A DNA stretch of 20,000 bases from an uncultured virus (IMG/VR IMGVR_UViG_3300030419_004292) (lineage: Duplodnaviria; Heunggongvirae; Uroviricota; Caudoviricetes), in the IMG/VR virus record IMGVR_UViG_3300030419_004292; one strand, written 5' to 3'. The notes below the pieces were generated by a model. It saw only the letters and a list, made by a program, of their open reading frames with translations, had not been told where the DNA came from and made no database searches. A program made the translations under genes and the position numbers. Below are positions 9,172 through 17,712 of the stretch, piece by piece. Positions within the stretch are counted from its first letter, which is position 1. Every line of letters begins with the position of its first letter.

Positions 9172-9773
9172 AGTGGCGTTTGCTGTCCTTTAACAGCTAA
9201 TTTTTTTGGTAACTCATTTACATCCACAACTTTACCCTCGTTATCTAGAGTAAATCTAAAGGCTGTCTCCTCGTCTCCGGTAACTCTTAGTACAACCCTC
9301 TTGATTGTGACCGTCTTGTATGGGTTAAGTTTTTCCAACTTTATAACAACCGGAATCTCTGTTGCGGTACTACGCTTCATGTAGAGATGAACGTTTACAA
9401 TATACTCGCCCTTGGCTATCCCTCTTAAAGTAACTAACTCTCTATTCTCTGTATATTCTATAACCCCAAACTCTGTCAAGACACTATCGTTTCTATGTCC
9501 CAAATCATCTCTATCCAAATGCATCAAGCCTTCTTCTCTTCTCATGAAGGCTACTAAATTTCCACTGGGGTCTTCTACGTATGTATCAACATCGTCATCC
9601 AAATCACTTGGCCACTCAACGACCACCATAAACTCTGCTTTTGTTTCAGTATTGTTTTCTTGTTTGGTTGGGTTTATTAAAACTATAGCCAAAACAAAAA
9701 ATGCGGCGAAAGCCAATAAAGTGTTAAATAGTAAATCTAGGAACGCTAGATTAGTATGATAATTTCGCTTCAT
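9168..9773 (-). CDS. ExbD/MotB-like single-TM protein with intramembrane Asp and a YfaP/DUF2135-like beta domain
   Basis: TM segment LAFLDLLFNTLLAFAAFFVLAIVLINP with Asp near its start; soluble motif W...DDDVDTYVEDPSG...LDRDDLG...E.VTL...GEYIVNVHLY. Start placed at MKRNYH. Confidence 0.65.
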   Translation of the reverse strand: MKRNYHTNLAFLDLLFNTLLAFAAFFVLAIVLINPTKQENNTETKAEFMVVVEWPSDLDDDVDTYVEDPSGNLVAFMRREEGLMHLDRDDLGHRNDSVLTEFGVIEYTENRELVTLRGIAKGEYIVNVHLYMKRSTATEIPVVIKLEKLNPYKTVTIKRVVLRVTGDEETAFRFTLDNEGKVVDVNELPKKLAVKGQQTPL

Positions 9774-10278
9774 TTTTCTGGACCCTATCAACAGCTTGGT
9801 TAAGGTTAAAGTATTGAATCTTAAGCAATAAGCTACAGATTAGTCCTGCTAAAGTCGTATAGAGTGCTGTAGACATACCAGTCCCCAACTCTTTGATAAG
9901 AGCCTGAACTGTGTCTATTTCCGATATGTCGAGATTGGCGAATCCAGATAGCATCATAATAAAACCAATTACGGTTCCCACCATACCCACGGTTAGGCAA
10001 AGATCACTCGTAAACCAGCCTATCTCCGTGAGATGCTCTATATGCTCCACTAGACCCTTCTTAGGCTCCTCGCTGTCTACTATCTTACTCATTTGCCATG
10101 TTTTGTATCCACACCACACAGACATGAATGCAAGGACTCCAAACAGGAGGAAGCTTAGCTTTGTGACATCATTCTCCCAAACTGTATGAACCAGCCCTCT
10201 AGTAAAGGCAAATATTGAGGCAACAATGACTATTGTAAAAAATAGCCACCATTTAAGGAAAAGAGTGTGTTTAATCAT
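9751..10278 (-). CDS. MotA/TolQ/ExbB proton-channel family protein (175 aa)
   Basis: Signatures VGMVGTVIGFIMML and GMSTALYTTLAGLICS, plus two N-terminal TM helices. Confidence 0.85.
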   Translation of the reverse strand: MIKHTLFLKWWLFFTIVIVASIFAFTRGLVHTVWENDVTKLSFLLFGVLAFMSVWCGYKTWQMSKIVDSEEPKKGLVEHIEHLTEIGWFTSDLCLTVGMVGTVIGFIMMLSGFANLDISEIDTVQALIKELGTGMSTALYTTLAGLICSLLLKIQYFNLNQAVDRVQKNEAKLSY

Positions 10279-11071
10279 CTTCGACGGTCTCCGGTGTTAA
10301 AAACGGTTGATCAATTAGACCATCTTCGTATTTATGGAATTCAGACAGCCTTACTTTTTCTTTCTCCATAGCTAATCTCATCTTTTCCATATTCGCCCCA
10401 ATTTCCTTTCTCATGCCCTTGTCTTGGATTAGCGCTCTAACCCATGCGGCAAAAGTTTCCTTGGAGTCCTCTAGAATTTTAATTCTCTGTTCTCTAGTAC
10501 CCTTAAGCTCCTTAAGCATCGTATTTTTTTTAGACTGCATCTCTTTGTAATCCTTGCCCAATGATTCTTGGGCAGCCCTCAAAACGGCGATCTGTCTCTC
10601 CATGTTCAGAATGTAGTCTCTATCTCGTTCGTCTCTATCTTTTTGTTTTTCAGTCAGGATAAGCATCTCCATGTCCCCTATGTCGTTCATGGACTTCTGC
10701 TGCTCTTTTAGTGTCCTGTTCATAAGTATATCTAGCTTGATAACATCTACCACTTGCATTTCTTCCGTATGAAATACATCGTCTTTAAACTGAGATATCA
10801 TTTCAGTCCAATGGAATAAAAACATTTCTAATTCTTCATCATTAAACTGAGATCTTAAATCCTTCCAGTAAGGACGGGACTTTAGATCGTACTCTGCATT
10901 TCTCAGTGCTTCTTCTTGTTTAGATATGCCCTTACCCAACTTTGTCTTAATAAAATTATCTACACTGGATGCATCTCGATCCAGAGCCTCTGCGATCTTT
11001 TCGAGGGGCATAGTCTCGCAATTCTGCTCGATAAATTGCTGCTCTTCTTTGCTAAATCTTCCCTTCTTCAT
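10271..11071 (-). CDS. HTH/Myb-like N-terminus plus coiled-coil protein (266 aa); candidate terminase small subunit or regulator
   Basis: GRFSKEEQQFIEQNCETMPLEKIAEALDRDASSV resembles an HTH; the remainder is helical coiled coil. Confidence 0.5.
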   Translation of the reverse strand: MKKGRFSKEEQQFIEQNCETMPLEKIAEALDRDASSVDNFIKTKLGKGISKQEEALRNAEYDLKSRPYWKDLRSQFNDEELEMFLFHWTEMISQFKDDVFHTEEMQVVDVIKLDILMNRTLKEQQKSMNDIGDMEMLILTEKQKDRDERDRDYILNMERQIAVLRAAQESLGKDYKEMQSKKNTMLKELKGTREQRIKILEDSKETFAAWVRALIQDKGMRKEIGANMEKMRLAMEKEKVRLSEFHKYEDGLIDQPFLTPETVEDD

Positions 11072-11600
11072 CCAAATTCTCTCTAAGCAGGTCTCGGATT
11101 GTTTCTATGATTTCATCTCGTCGCGGTTTCGGTACATGCACGCCATGAAGCATTCGCAGGTAATCGCCCCTGTATGACATATCCAGATGCCGGTCTATAA
11201 ACTCTAAGTATTCTTTCGTATGAATAACATCTATGAAGTCGTCTGGCTGCTTCATGCTGTCGCTTGAGTAATCCATGACTTTATCCAGATTCACTGGCTC
11301 CATCAGGGATTTCTTAGCCATCTTGCGCACATCCTTGTTCCAAGGCTTCTCAGGTTCGTATCTAATGTAATTATCCCGCTTAAAGTTTTTCAGGCGGTTC
11401 TTTATGTGTACAAATAAGAAGTTCTCTAGAGGACGCTTTTCGTCGTAACGGTCGAGCGCCTCCATACCTATAATAAAAGCCTCCTGTTCAATGTCTTCGA
11501 CATCGTAGAAGGCAAACTTGAAATTATATGATACGCGCCGCACAACCTTCTGAATCGTCTCTATAACTTCCTCTTCAGTCATGTTCTTCGGTATCTTCAT
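11052..11600 (-). CDS. Phage-encoded RNA polymerase sigma-70-like factor
   Basis: Region-2-like DVEDIEQEAFIIGMEALDRYDEKRPLENFLFVHIKNRLKNFKR. Start uncertain (11600-11612). Confidence 0.72.
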   Translation of the reverse strand: MKIPKNMTEEEVIETIQKVVRRVSYNFKFAFYDVEDIEQEAFIIGMEALDRYDEKRPLENFLFVHIKNRLKNFKRDNYIRYEPEKPWNKDVRKMAKKSLMEPVNLDKVMDYSSDSMKQPDDFIDVIHTKEYLEFIDRHLDMSYRGDYLRMLHGVHVPKPRRDEIIETIRDLLRENLDEEGKI

Positions 11601-11739
11601 CTTCACCATCATCGTTATCGATAAACTCCGCTAGACTCTTTCCTTCAGGATCTTTGGCCTCCATGTCCTTCTCTACGGATCTCTCAAGATCTGCTGATGC
11701 CTTGGTGTGCATCTCACTTTCTACTCTCTTACCCTTCAT
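11575..11739 (-). CDS. Small acidic hypothetical protein (54 aa)
   Basis: ATG at 11739 preceded by a G-rich SD-like sequence; first gene of the minus-strand operon. Confidence 0.5.
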   Translation of the reverse strand: MKGKRVESEMHTKASADLERSVEKDMEAKDPEGKSLAEFIDNDDGEDEDTEEHD

Positions 11740-11784
11740 GTTGCTAACGCCCCCTAAAAAGGTGTGCAATTAATAAATTTGGCC

Positions 11785-11805
11785 ATTATAGTATTATATA
11801 CCCCT
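11785..11805 (-). promoter_or_regulatory. Candidate promoter AGGGGTATATAATACTATAAT in the divergent intergenic region
   Basis: Same GG(T/G)GTA...TATAAT architecture as at 4002-4020; sits at the head of the minus-strand operon. Confidence 0.45.
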
Positions 11806-11821
11806 ATTGTGGAAAAAACCC

Positions 11822-12019
11822 ATGAAAAAGTTAAGCAAGGTAGAACGGGAATATATCAAAGAGGTCAGTGAGTTCAGGGCGGATGATTATATTGCGATGG
11901 AATTGACGAGAATAAGACATGAAATGGGCAATAAAACCCCAGTTGGTGTAAGTCAAGTAAAGAGGGCGCGTATAGGTATGGGAATCAAGAGACCGCCGGG
12001 TAGAAGACGAGGTAGTTAG
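11822..12019 (+). CDS. Small basic, possibly DNA-binding protein (65 aa)
   Basis: MKKLSKVEREYIKE...DDYIAMEL...VKRARIGMGIKRPPGRRR, HTH-like; divergent from the late operon. Confidence 0.6.
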   Translation: MKKLSKVEREYIKEVSEFRADDYIAMELTRIRHEMGNKTPVGVSQVKRARIGMGIKRPPGRRRGS

Positions 12020-12020
12020 T

Positions 12021-15000
12021 GTGGGTGACGTAGATCAAACTAAAACCAAGATAACCGATGGTGGTTATACTACGGAGATAACAGAAAAAGTAGAGGAAAA
12101 CCTCGGCACAGAGACTGATGTCAGTCCGTGTGATACTTACTGTACATATACATGGAATGGTACATTTCCCGAATGTACATCGGCAGGAACTATAACCAAT
12201 GCTATCGGAAACTATGACAAGGCGTCTGACAACTGCCCTGATGCTACTCAAACAGCGGGACAGGGCACCGTCGATTCAAGCCGATGTAGTTGTCCACCCA
12301 TCGGAGCCGTGGGGGGATCTGTCAATCCGGTCACCGGAAACGTCGTCGGTGGCCTCCTCAGTCACCCAATAACGCAAGATATTCAAAACATGTGGAGTGG
12401 AGGGCAGCCGCCCACAGTTTTACACACCTACAACACAGTAACCAGAGACTTATCGGCTTGCGGCGGGGACGCAGCAGCAAAGTTTGTAGATAGTATCTCG
12501 TTCAAGTGCCACGATGCCCACTATATCCCCCCGCCTGCCGCGCCAACTCCAACCCCCGAAGAACCATCTCCAGATGAAGACGATTGTTATTACTCTGAGT
12601 GTTACTACGCATGGGATGGTTCTAGGTACGTGTTCACGGATGAATGCTCCTCCCTCCCCTGTCAGTGTCCCGCCGGTGGAATAGCACAGTCTCTTTTTGA
12701 TCTAGCTACTGGACAACTTACAGTACAAGATATAGCTAACGACGCTGGAGTTATTGGTCCCGGTCCATTTCTTCCAAGCTTTCTCGGCCTCGAATATATC
12801 AATGCGGGCACAGAACCCGCTAACGCAGCGGATCTAGTCGCTAGAGCGTCATGGGATTGCAAAGGTTCCAATTTAGACCCCACTGACCCCGCCCCAGAAC
12901 CCCCTCCGGGCGACGATGCGGAACCCGATGGAGACTGTACCGGGAGTTGTACGTGGGAGTGGACATGGGGAGACGCGAGCCTTCCGGGGTCAGGTGGCGA
13001 ATATAAAGTAACCAGTAATGACTGTAGCGGTGAGGGCTGTGGTTGTATATGGCCCGGCGCGTGGGCAATAACGACTTACTATGGACTTACTCCAGTAACG
13101 GGAAATCTTACCGAGAATTGCGAGCCAACCACCAGCACTGGTTTCACCGACTGCGATATATCAGCGGCTACAAACGTTCCCGGTCTAAAGGTGAGTGGGT
13201 CGAGAAGTGGCAACCCGTTTAATGCGGATGACTGGTTTAAAAGCGGTACAATAAGAAGTGTAACCGCCCCCTGTAGAAAAGGAGGGGCCGAACCTCCTGT
13301 AGCACCACCCCCCTCCGATGATTGCGAACAGGAAGCCTGTATTTATAGGTGGAGTGGCGAGATGGACCCATTTACTGGGACACCCGCCACTTACATGGGG
13401 GGTGGCGGTTTCAATGATTACTTTAGATATGGCGGGACTGTATTTTTCGGGGGTTTAGATCCTTCTAAGCTAGATCCCGGATCACAAGGCAGTATTGTAT
13501 GCTGTTGGCCAAGTTTCGGAAATAAACCTGTTTGTCAAGCTCATATAAAAGGATGCACGCTAGATATATCCGGGCAACCAAGAGATATGTCTGGGGTTGG
13601 GAGTGGTCCATACGGACCCGGCGATGGATATGCGTTACATCGCAAGTGTGGCGGTGTCACTCCCGGTTCCAACATTCAAAACAAATGCGGATGCGACACA
13701 ACCCATGCGTTATATAAAATGGCCGAAGAAGGTGCTACGCAACAATGGATGGGTAATCCATTTGGTGGATCGTCTATAGATCAAGCTACGGGCGCTCCAA
13801 AAAATGTAGAAGCCAATCGTTTATCACAAGTTAGCTGCGTAACTGCTGACGAAGAGGCTGTGACGGGAGATCTAGAAGGAGGGGCGGCGAGTGTTGTTGA
13901 TGGGGCTTCCGATAAGGCACATGCAGCGCCAATATCAACCGGGGAAAAACCCGTCAAAGATGACATCGTGAGTGTGGATATTCCAACCAGAACACCAACA
14001 GACGATGTTAATACCGAAAGCGGTCATCAAAATTGCATGGAGTCTAACCAGAACTCCAATGCAGTACAGCAAGTAACAAATCAGGCGGGAGCAGGATGCT
14101 TTGATTGTCCTCCAAGGGTGGGGCAAAGGCTTGTGGCTGGGACCACGGTTTCGGGAGTTAGTGTCGGGGACTCCGATGGTGAGGGTGGAACATATGCGGA
14201 GGGTGATTGTGTTGTGTCGTCAAGCTCTGAATTCACGAAGGGTGGGTCGTTACGCTTTGATAAACAAAAATATGTGGCGACGGCGTTAACTGAAGTATCA
14301 AACTTCCAAGCAATGCAAAATGACAAGAATTATGTGCAGATTAGGGGCGGAAATTATCCAGAGCAAAGGTATCCTTCGCATGATACTAATGGGAACGCTA
14401 TAGAGAACACCCTTGATAACAGAAGGAGATTTAGATCAAAGGGTAACTTCCTATCGGGATTCACTGTAGATGATATTAGTGTCACCCCGAATTCTTCTAA
14501 TAAAGACAAGTATGACATTACTATTAGTTACAGAAACAGAAATAACGAACCTGCTCGTGATCCAGTAGTACAACAGGCCGTGTGGAATGAAACTCTGTCT
14601 GGTCTTAATAATGGTTCTGACATTTACTTGGCTCCCACCGGAATCATTCCTTCTCCCGATGGAGGTGGCCATGGAAGAAAGACTGACCGATATCCGTGTA
14701 AGAGTACCAGATGTATCTATAAGTTTATAGTGGCAGAAGAAAGATACGAACTTTCGACGGGATGTGGAAAAGCCACTTGCGAGTGCGATCCAGAAGCCGA
14801 GGTGGTACAACTTGTGGCTTCAGGTAAAACTGGCAAGCACATTGGAGATACGGCGGCTGCGAAGTGCGTAAAGAAAAAGCCTACCACCCCGCCCGGTTTT
14901 CCTCCAATTACACCTCCTGAACCACCGCCTCCACCAAGTGGAGAACCGCCTCGCATCGATCCACCTGTATTTGAAGACAACAATCCTCCAGTAGCAGGAA

Positions 15001-15641
15001 GTGGCGGGTCTGTTGGTACGTCAGCACATCTTTTTGGTAACCAACAAATAAAGAAACCCGGTCCTGATGGCTGGGCTATTGCGGCTGGTTCGTCCCCAAC
15101 AACTTCAACCACATGGAAACCGCCAGCATTTCAGGATATTGTGCCCGAAGGTATACCGGAAAAGGCTCCCACGAGCGACACGCACGATGTTAGTGAAAAT
15201 ACCTCGTTCTACAAACCGTCCGTTTCTGGACAGATTGTAATAGATCCTAACGGAAACGTGGTGAGAATTAGCGAATCGTCTTATAAGGGTAGAATAGCAT
15301 ATGGCAAAATGACTACGCAGTCTCGATCCATGTCCGTTGGAGCGGAATCACTGCTAATCCAACACATTTTTGCTTCTCAACATGAAGCTGAAACGGATGC
15401 GACATCAATTGGACTCACCGGATCTCACTCTATAGTTATGTCAGACGGAGCAACAATCTGGCTACCCGGCTCAAACACCTCATTTACACAGTGGTTTAGG
15501 AATAACACCTTCAATACCATGGGTTTTGGGAGTGAAACTGCCTCAAGTAGCGGTGGAGGGACCACATCTGGGTCCGGTGGGACCGGGGGAAGTACCGGAA
15601 CTAGCTCTACCGGCTCAAGTTCAAGCGGTTCAGGCTACTAA
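12021..15641 (+). CDS. Large Cys/Pro/Gly-rich repeat protein (1206 aa), possibly virion-surface or adhesion protein
   Basis: Long ORF with a GTG start. Five C-x3/4-C-x-[YW]-x-[WF] modules, mostly preceded by Pro-rich linkers, and a Ser/Gly tail. Confidence 0.8.
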   Translation: MGDVDQTKTKITDGGYTTEITEKVEENLGTETDVSPCDTYCTYTWNGTFPECTSAGTITNAIGNYDKASDNCPDATQTAGQGTVDSSRCSCPPIGAVGGSVNPVTGNVVGGLLSHPITQDIQNMWSGGQPPTVLHTYNTVTRDLSACGGDAAAKFVDSISFKCHDAHYIPPPAAPTPTPEEPSPDEDDCYYSECYYAWDGSRYVFTDECSSLPCQCPAGGIAQSLFDLATGQLTVQDIANDAGVIGPGPFLPSFLGLEYINAGTEPANAADLVARASWDCKGSNLDPTDPAPEPPPGDDAEPDGDCTGSCTWEWTWGDASLPGSGGEYKVTSNDCSGEGCGCIWPGAWAITTYYGLTPVTGNLTENCEPTTSTGFTDCDISAATNVPGLKVSGSRSGNPFNADDWFKSGTIRSVTAPCRKGGAEPPVAPPPSDDCEQEACIYRWSGEMDPFTGTPATYMGGGGFNDYFRYGGTVFFGGLDPSKLDPGSQGSIVCCWPSFGNKPVCQAHIKGCTLDISGQPRDMSGVGSGPYGPGDGYALHRKCGGVTPGSNIQNKCGCDTTHALYKMAEEGATQQWMGNPFGGSSIDQATGAPKNVEANRLSQVSCVTADEEAVTGDLEGGAASVVDGASDKAHAAPISTGEKPVKDDIVSVDIPTRTPTDDVNTESGHQNCMESNQNSNAVQQVTNQAGAGCFDCPPRVGQRLVAGTTVSGVSVGDSDGEGGTYAEGDCVVSSSSEFTKGGSLRFDKQKYVATALTEVSNFQAMQNDKNYVQIRGGNYPEQRYPSHDTNGNAIENTLDNRRRFRSKGNFLSGFTVDDISVTPNSSNKDKYDITISYRNRNNEPARDPVVQQAVWNETLSGLNNGSDIYLAPTGIIPSPDGGGHGRKTDRYPCKSTRCIYKFIVAEERYELSTGCGKATCECDPEAEVVQLVASGKTGKHIGDTAAAKCVKKKPTTPPGFPPITPPEPPPPPSGEPPRIDPPVFEDNNPPVAGSGGSVGTSAHLFGNQQIKKPGPDGWAIAAGSSPTTSTTWKPPAFQDIVPEGIPEKAPTSDTHDVSENTSFYKPSVSGQIVIDPNGNVVRISESSYKGRIAYGKMTTQSRSMSVGAESLLIQHIFASQHEAETDATSIGLTGSHSIVMSDGATIWLPGSNTSFTQWFRNNTFNTMGFGSETASSSGGGTTSGSGGTGGSTGTSSTGSSSSGSGY

Positions 15642-15663
15642 AACTTTATCGAGCGTTAGCGAG

Positions 15664-15894
15664 ATGCATATTTACGAATCAAAATTCGAATACGACAACA
15701 AGTTTATCTATACAGACGTATTCTATTCAGAAACGGACAAACTTTTTTACATAAGCCAATGTAAAACAGATAAAGATCAAACAATTCTGTCCACGCAGAA
15801 CACGGAACTGACTCTTGGACAGATAGCGAAAATATCGGAAGCGGCAGGACGTGTCTATTTAATGGATTTTCTAGATGATTATAAAATCGAATGA
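15664..15894 (+). CDS. Hypothetical protein (76 aa, MHIYESKFEY...)
   Basis: ATG shortly after the upstream stop; overlaps the start of the next gene. Confidence 0.6.
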   Translation: MHIYESKFEYDNKFIYTDVFYSETDKLFYISQCKTDKDQTILSTQNTELTLGQIAKISEAAGRVYLMDFLDDYKIE

Positions 15895-16918
15895 TATTAT
15901 CGAATCGGATGTGTGGAAAAAAATAGCTAATTGCCACTACGCAGGAGGCAATCTTCCCCCCAAGGGTCTCGTTCACTGTCGAGTAAAGTACCTTTACGAG
16001 TTTTTACAAAGGTGTGGGCAAGAAAAAGGGGCGGGGCCGTATGTGTTGGTTACGAGCGATGAAGATTATGGGGTTGTTTATCAGGATAGACACCCGGTTT
16101 GGCGGGATGTATTAAAATACGTGGCGATGAGACACTTCAGGGACAAGCTGGGAATGATGGCTGCTGCGGAATTGGCGGCGTATCGGGCGGGATCGCGGGT
16201 AATGAGAAATCCAGAGGACAAGACGGGAATTGATCCATCTGAGAACGAGGGTGGATACAGTGACGTGATTATTCCGGCACGGTGTGATGCGAGACAGTGT
16301 AATGTGAAACACTTGTACTCTTTTAAAACTTATGCGCACACTGAATTGACTTTCGACAGACTGCCAAGTAATATAAGTCACTGGTTCGCAGTGAATAGTG
16401 CGGTCGAAGAGGATTTTCTGACGCCAATACCGCTAGGAGTGCAGAGGGGGCAAGCAGAATTGTTGGGCAGTATAGAAAGGGGGGCGGGGAACCTCCTGTA
16501 TATCAACTTCAGCATGTATACGAAGCCGAGACTTGATGCGCTCAACTACTTTTCGATGAAAGAGTACGACTGGGTGACACTGGTTAAGGATCAGGGGCGC
16601 ACGGAGGGGGAATTTTTAGAAGATATCGCATCTCATGACTTCGTTCTGTGTCCACAGGGGAACGGGGTGGATACGTACCGGCTGTGGCAGACGCTTTACT
16701 TGGGATCGATACCGATAGTGAACAGCACGATGCAAGAAAGTTTCTTTAGCGAGTTGCCAATTATGTGGTGCGAGGACTTGGATGCGATAAAGCCGGGTCC
16801 GTTAGGAAGCGCCAAGGAGTTGGCTCCTAAGCTGCCTGTGAGCTTCGAGAAGGCACGCTTATCCTACTGGAAGGGTCAGATAGCGGATAAGGTGCGCGAG
16901 GCGTTAGAAGGGGCGTAG
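15875..16918 (+). CDS. Exostosin (GT47)-like glycosyltransferase (347 aa)
   Basis: C-terminal FVLCPQGNGVDTYRLWQTLYLGSIPIV signature, with upstream PIPLG and LLYINF motifs. Confidence 0.78.
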   Translation: MIIKSNDIIESDVWKKIANCHYAGGNLPPKGLVHCRVKYLYEFLQRCGQEKGAGPYVLVTSDEDYGVVYQDRHPVWRDVLKYVAMRHFRDKLGMMAAAELAAYRAGSRVMRNPEDKTGIDPSENEGGYSDVIIPARCDARQCNVKHLYSFKTYAHTELTFDRLPSNISHWFAVNSAVEEDFLTPIPLGVQRGQAELLGSIERGAGNLLYINFSMYTKPRLDALNYFSMKEYDWVTLVKDQGRTEGEFLEDIASHDFVLCPQGNGVDTYRLWQTLYLGSIPIVNSTMQESFFSELPIMWCEDLDAIKPGPLGSAKELAPKLPVSFEKARLSYWKGQIADKVREALEGA

Positions 16919-16978
16919 GGGATTAGTTTAGGTAAGACATTGAAAATTCTGCCGACTTAATTTTGTCTGCACCACCCC

Positions 16979-17225
16979 GGCAATTTGGGTAAAATAGGGA
17001 GGATAGGCAGGGTAGCGAAAAAGCACCCTATGGGGGGGGAGGGGGGTGTTGGGGGTTTGGGGGGTTTGCCTAGTCTGCGACGACTGGGGAAACGTGGCGG
17101 TTTGGGGATTCTGGGGTGACCGACCGCCAGCCAGTCAGCAGGCCAGAAAGTGTAGCATATTGCTATACCATATGTGGTATGCGAGACGACGAATTGCCCA
17201 TCTTGCCCATCTTACCCAGAGTGCC
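16979..17225. repeat. Imperfect 31-bp inverted repeat (16979-17009 / 17195-17225) enclosing a G-rich tract
   Basis: GGCAATTTGGGTAAAATAGGGAGGATAGGCA versus the reverse complement of the right arm, GGCACTCTGGGTAAGATGGGCAAGATGGGCA (24/31). The right arm contains tandem TGCCCATCT(T) units. Confidence 0.6.
17032..17064 (+). other. G-quadruplex-forming motif G8-A-G6-TGTT-G5-TTT-G6
   Basis: Four G-runs of 5 or more with 1-4 nt loops, in intergenic sequence. Confidence 0.7.
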
Positions 17226-17255
17226 AAATGGGAATTCCGAGGATTTTTCGGAAAC

Positions 17256-17284
17256 CCGAACTCGTTACGTGGCAACGACTTACG
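17256..17284. repeat. Palindromic 11-7-11 site 1
   Basis: CCGAACTCGTT ACGTGGC AACGACTTACG. Confidence 0.75.
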
Positions 17285-17362
17285 TCGAATTGTATCAAAG
17301 TAATACACTGTCATAATGGCCGAAAACGGCGTTTTTCCCCGTTGCCAAAATGGCAGTTTTGA

Positions 17363-17391
17363 CGTAACTCATTGACTACCAACGACTTACG
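17363..17391. repeat. Palindromic 11-7-11 site 2
   Basis: CGTAACTCATT GACTACC AACGACTTACG. Confidence 0.85.
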
Positions 17392-17458
17392 GAAAGCGGA
17401 CGGCAAAAACCCGTTTCTGTATAGGTAGAGAGCCGAATAAAACGCAACGGAGAAAGCC

Positions 17459-17644
17459 ATGACGATCAAAGAAGGCGACAGAGTGAGACTGACGGACGGA
17501 CGGACGGCCAACGTGCTGAGCGTGATCACCGCTCCCGGTTGGGACAACATGCTACTGGTCGACGAAGGCCACATGACCCGCGAGGGGTTCGCCATGGGGA
17601 CGTGGCAGCACGTCCACGCCGAGGACGTGGAGGTGGTCAGCTAG
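17459..17644 (+). CDS. Small hypothetical protein (61 aa), SH3/KOW-like beta pattern
   Basis: GGAG RBS upstream; IKEGDRVRLTDGRTANVLSV pattern. Confidence 0.7.
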   Translation: MTIKEGDRVRLTDGRTANVLSVITAPGWDNMLLVDEGHMTREGFAMGTWQHVHAEDVEVVS

Positions 17645-17646
17645 GG

Positions 17647-17675
17647 TTTACAGTCAGTCGGTCAGTCGCTACAAT
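17647..17675 (+). promoter_or_regulatory. Sigma70-type promoter TTTACA-N17-TACAAT
   Basis: Near-consensus hexamers with 17-bp spacing, followed by an AC-rich leader and AAGGGC. Confidence 0.75.
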
Positions 17676-17712
17676 CAACCAGTCAGACAACAACACTACC
17701 AAGGGCAAAACT

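Noticed and set aside
8590..10278. Zorya defence system or flagellar stator
   Set aside because: The MotA-like protein lacks the long ZorA tail, the partner lacks an OmpA-like peptidoglycan-binding domain, and there are no zorC/D/E or flagellar genes.
279..11177. Plus-strand ORFs antisense to the late operon (e.g. 279-638, 1215-1541, 2162-2605, 9412-9759)
   Set aside because: They are shadow ORFs fully overlapping well-supported minus-strand genes, with no recognisable motifs.
17046..17362. Short ORFs across the G tract and palindromic sites
   Set aside because: They have no RBS, overlap repeats and regulatory-like DNA, and have low-complexity translations.
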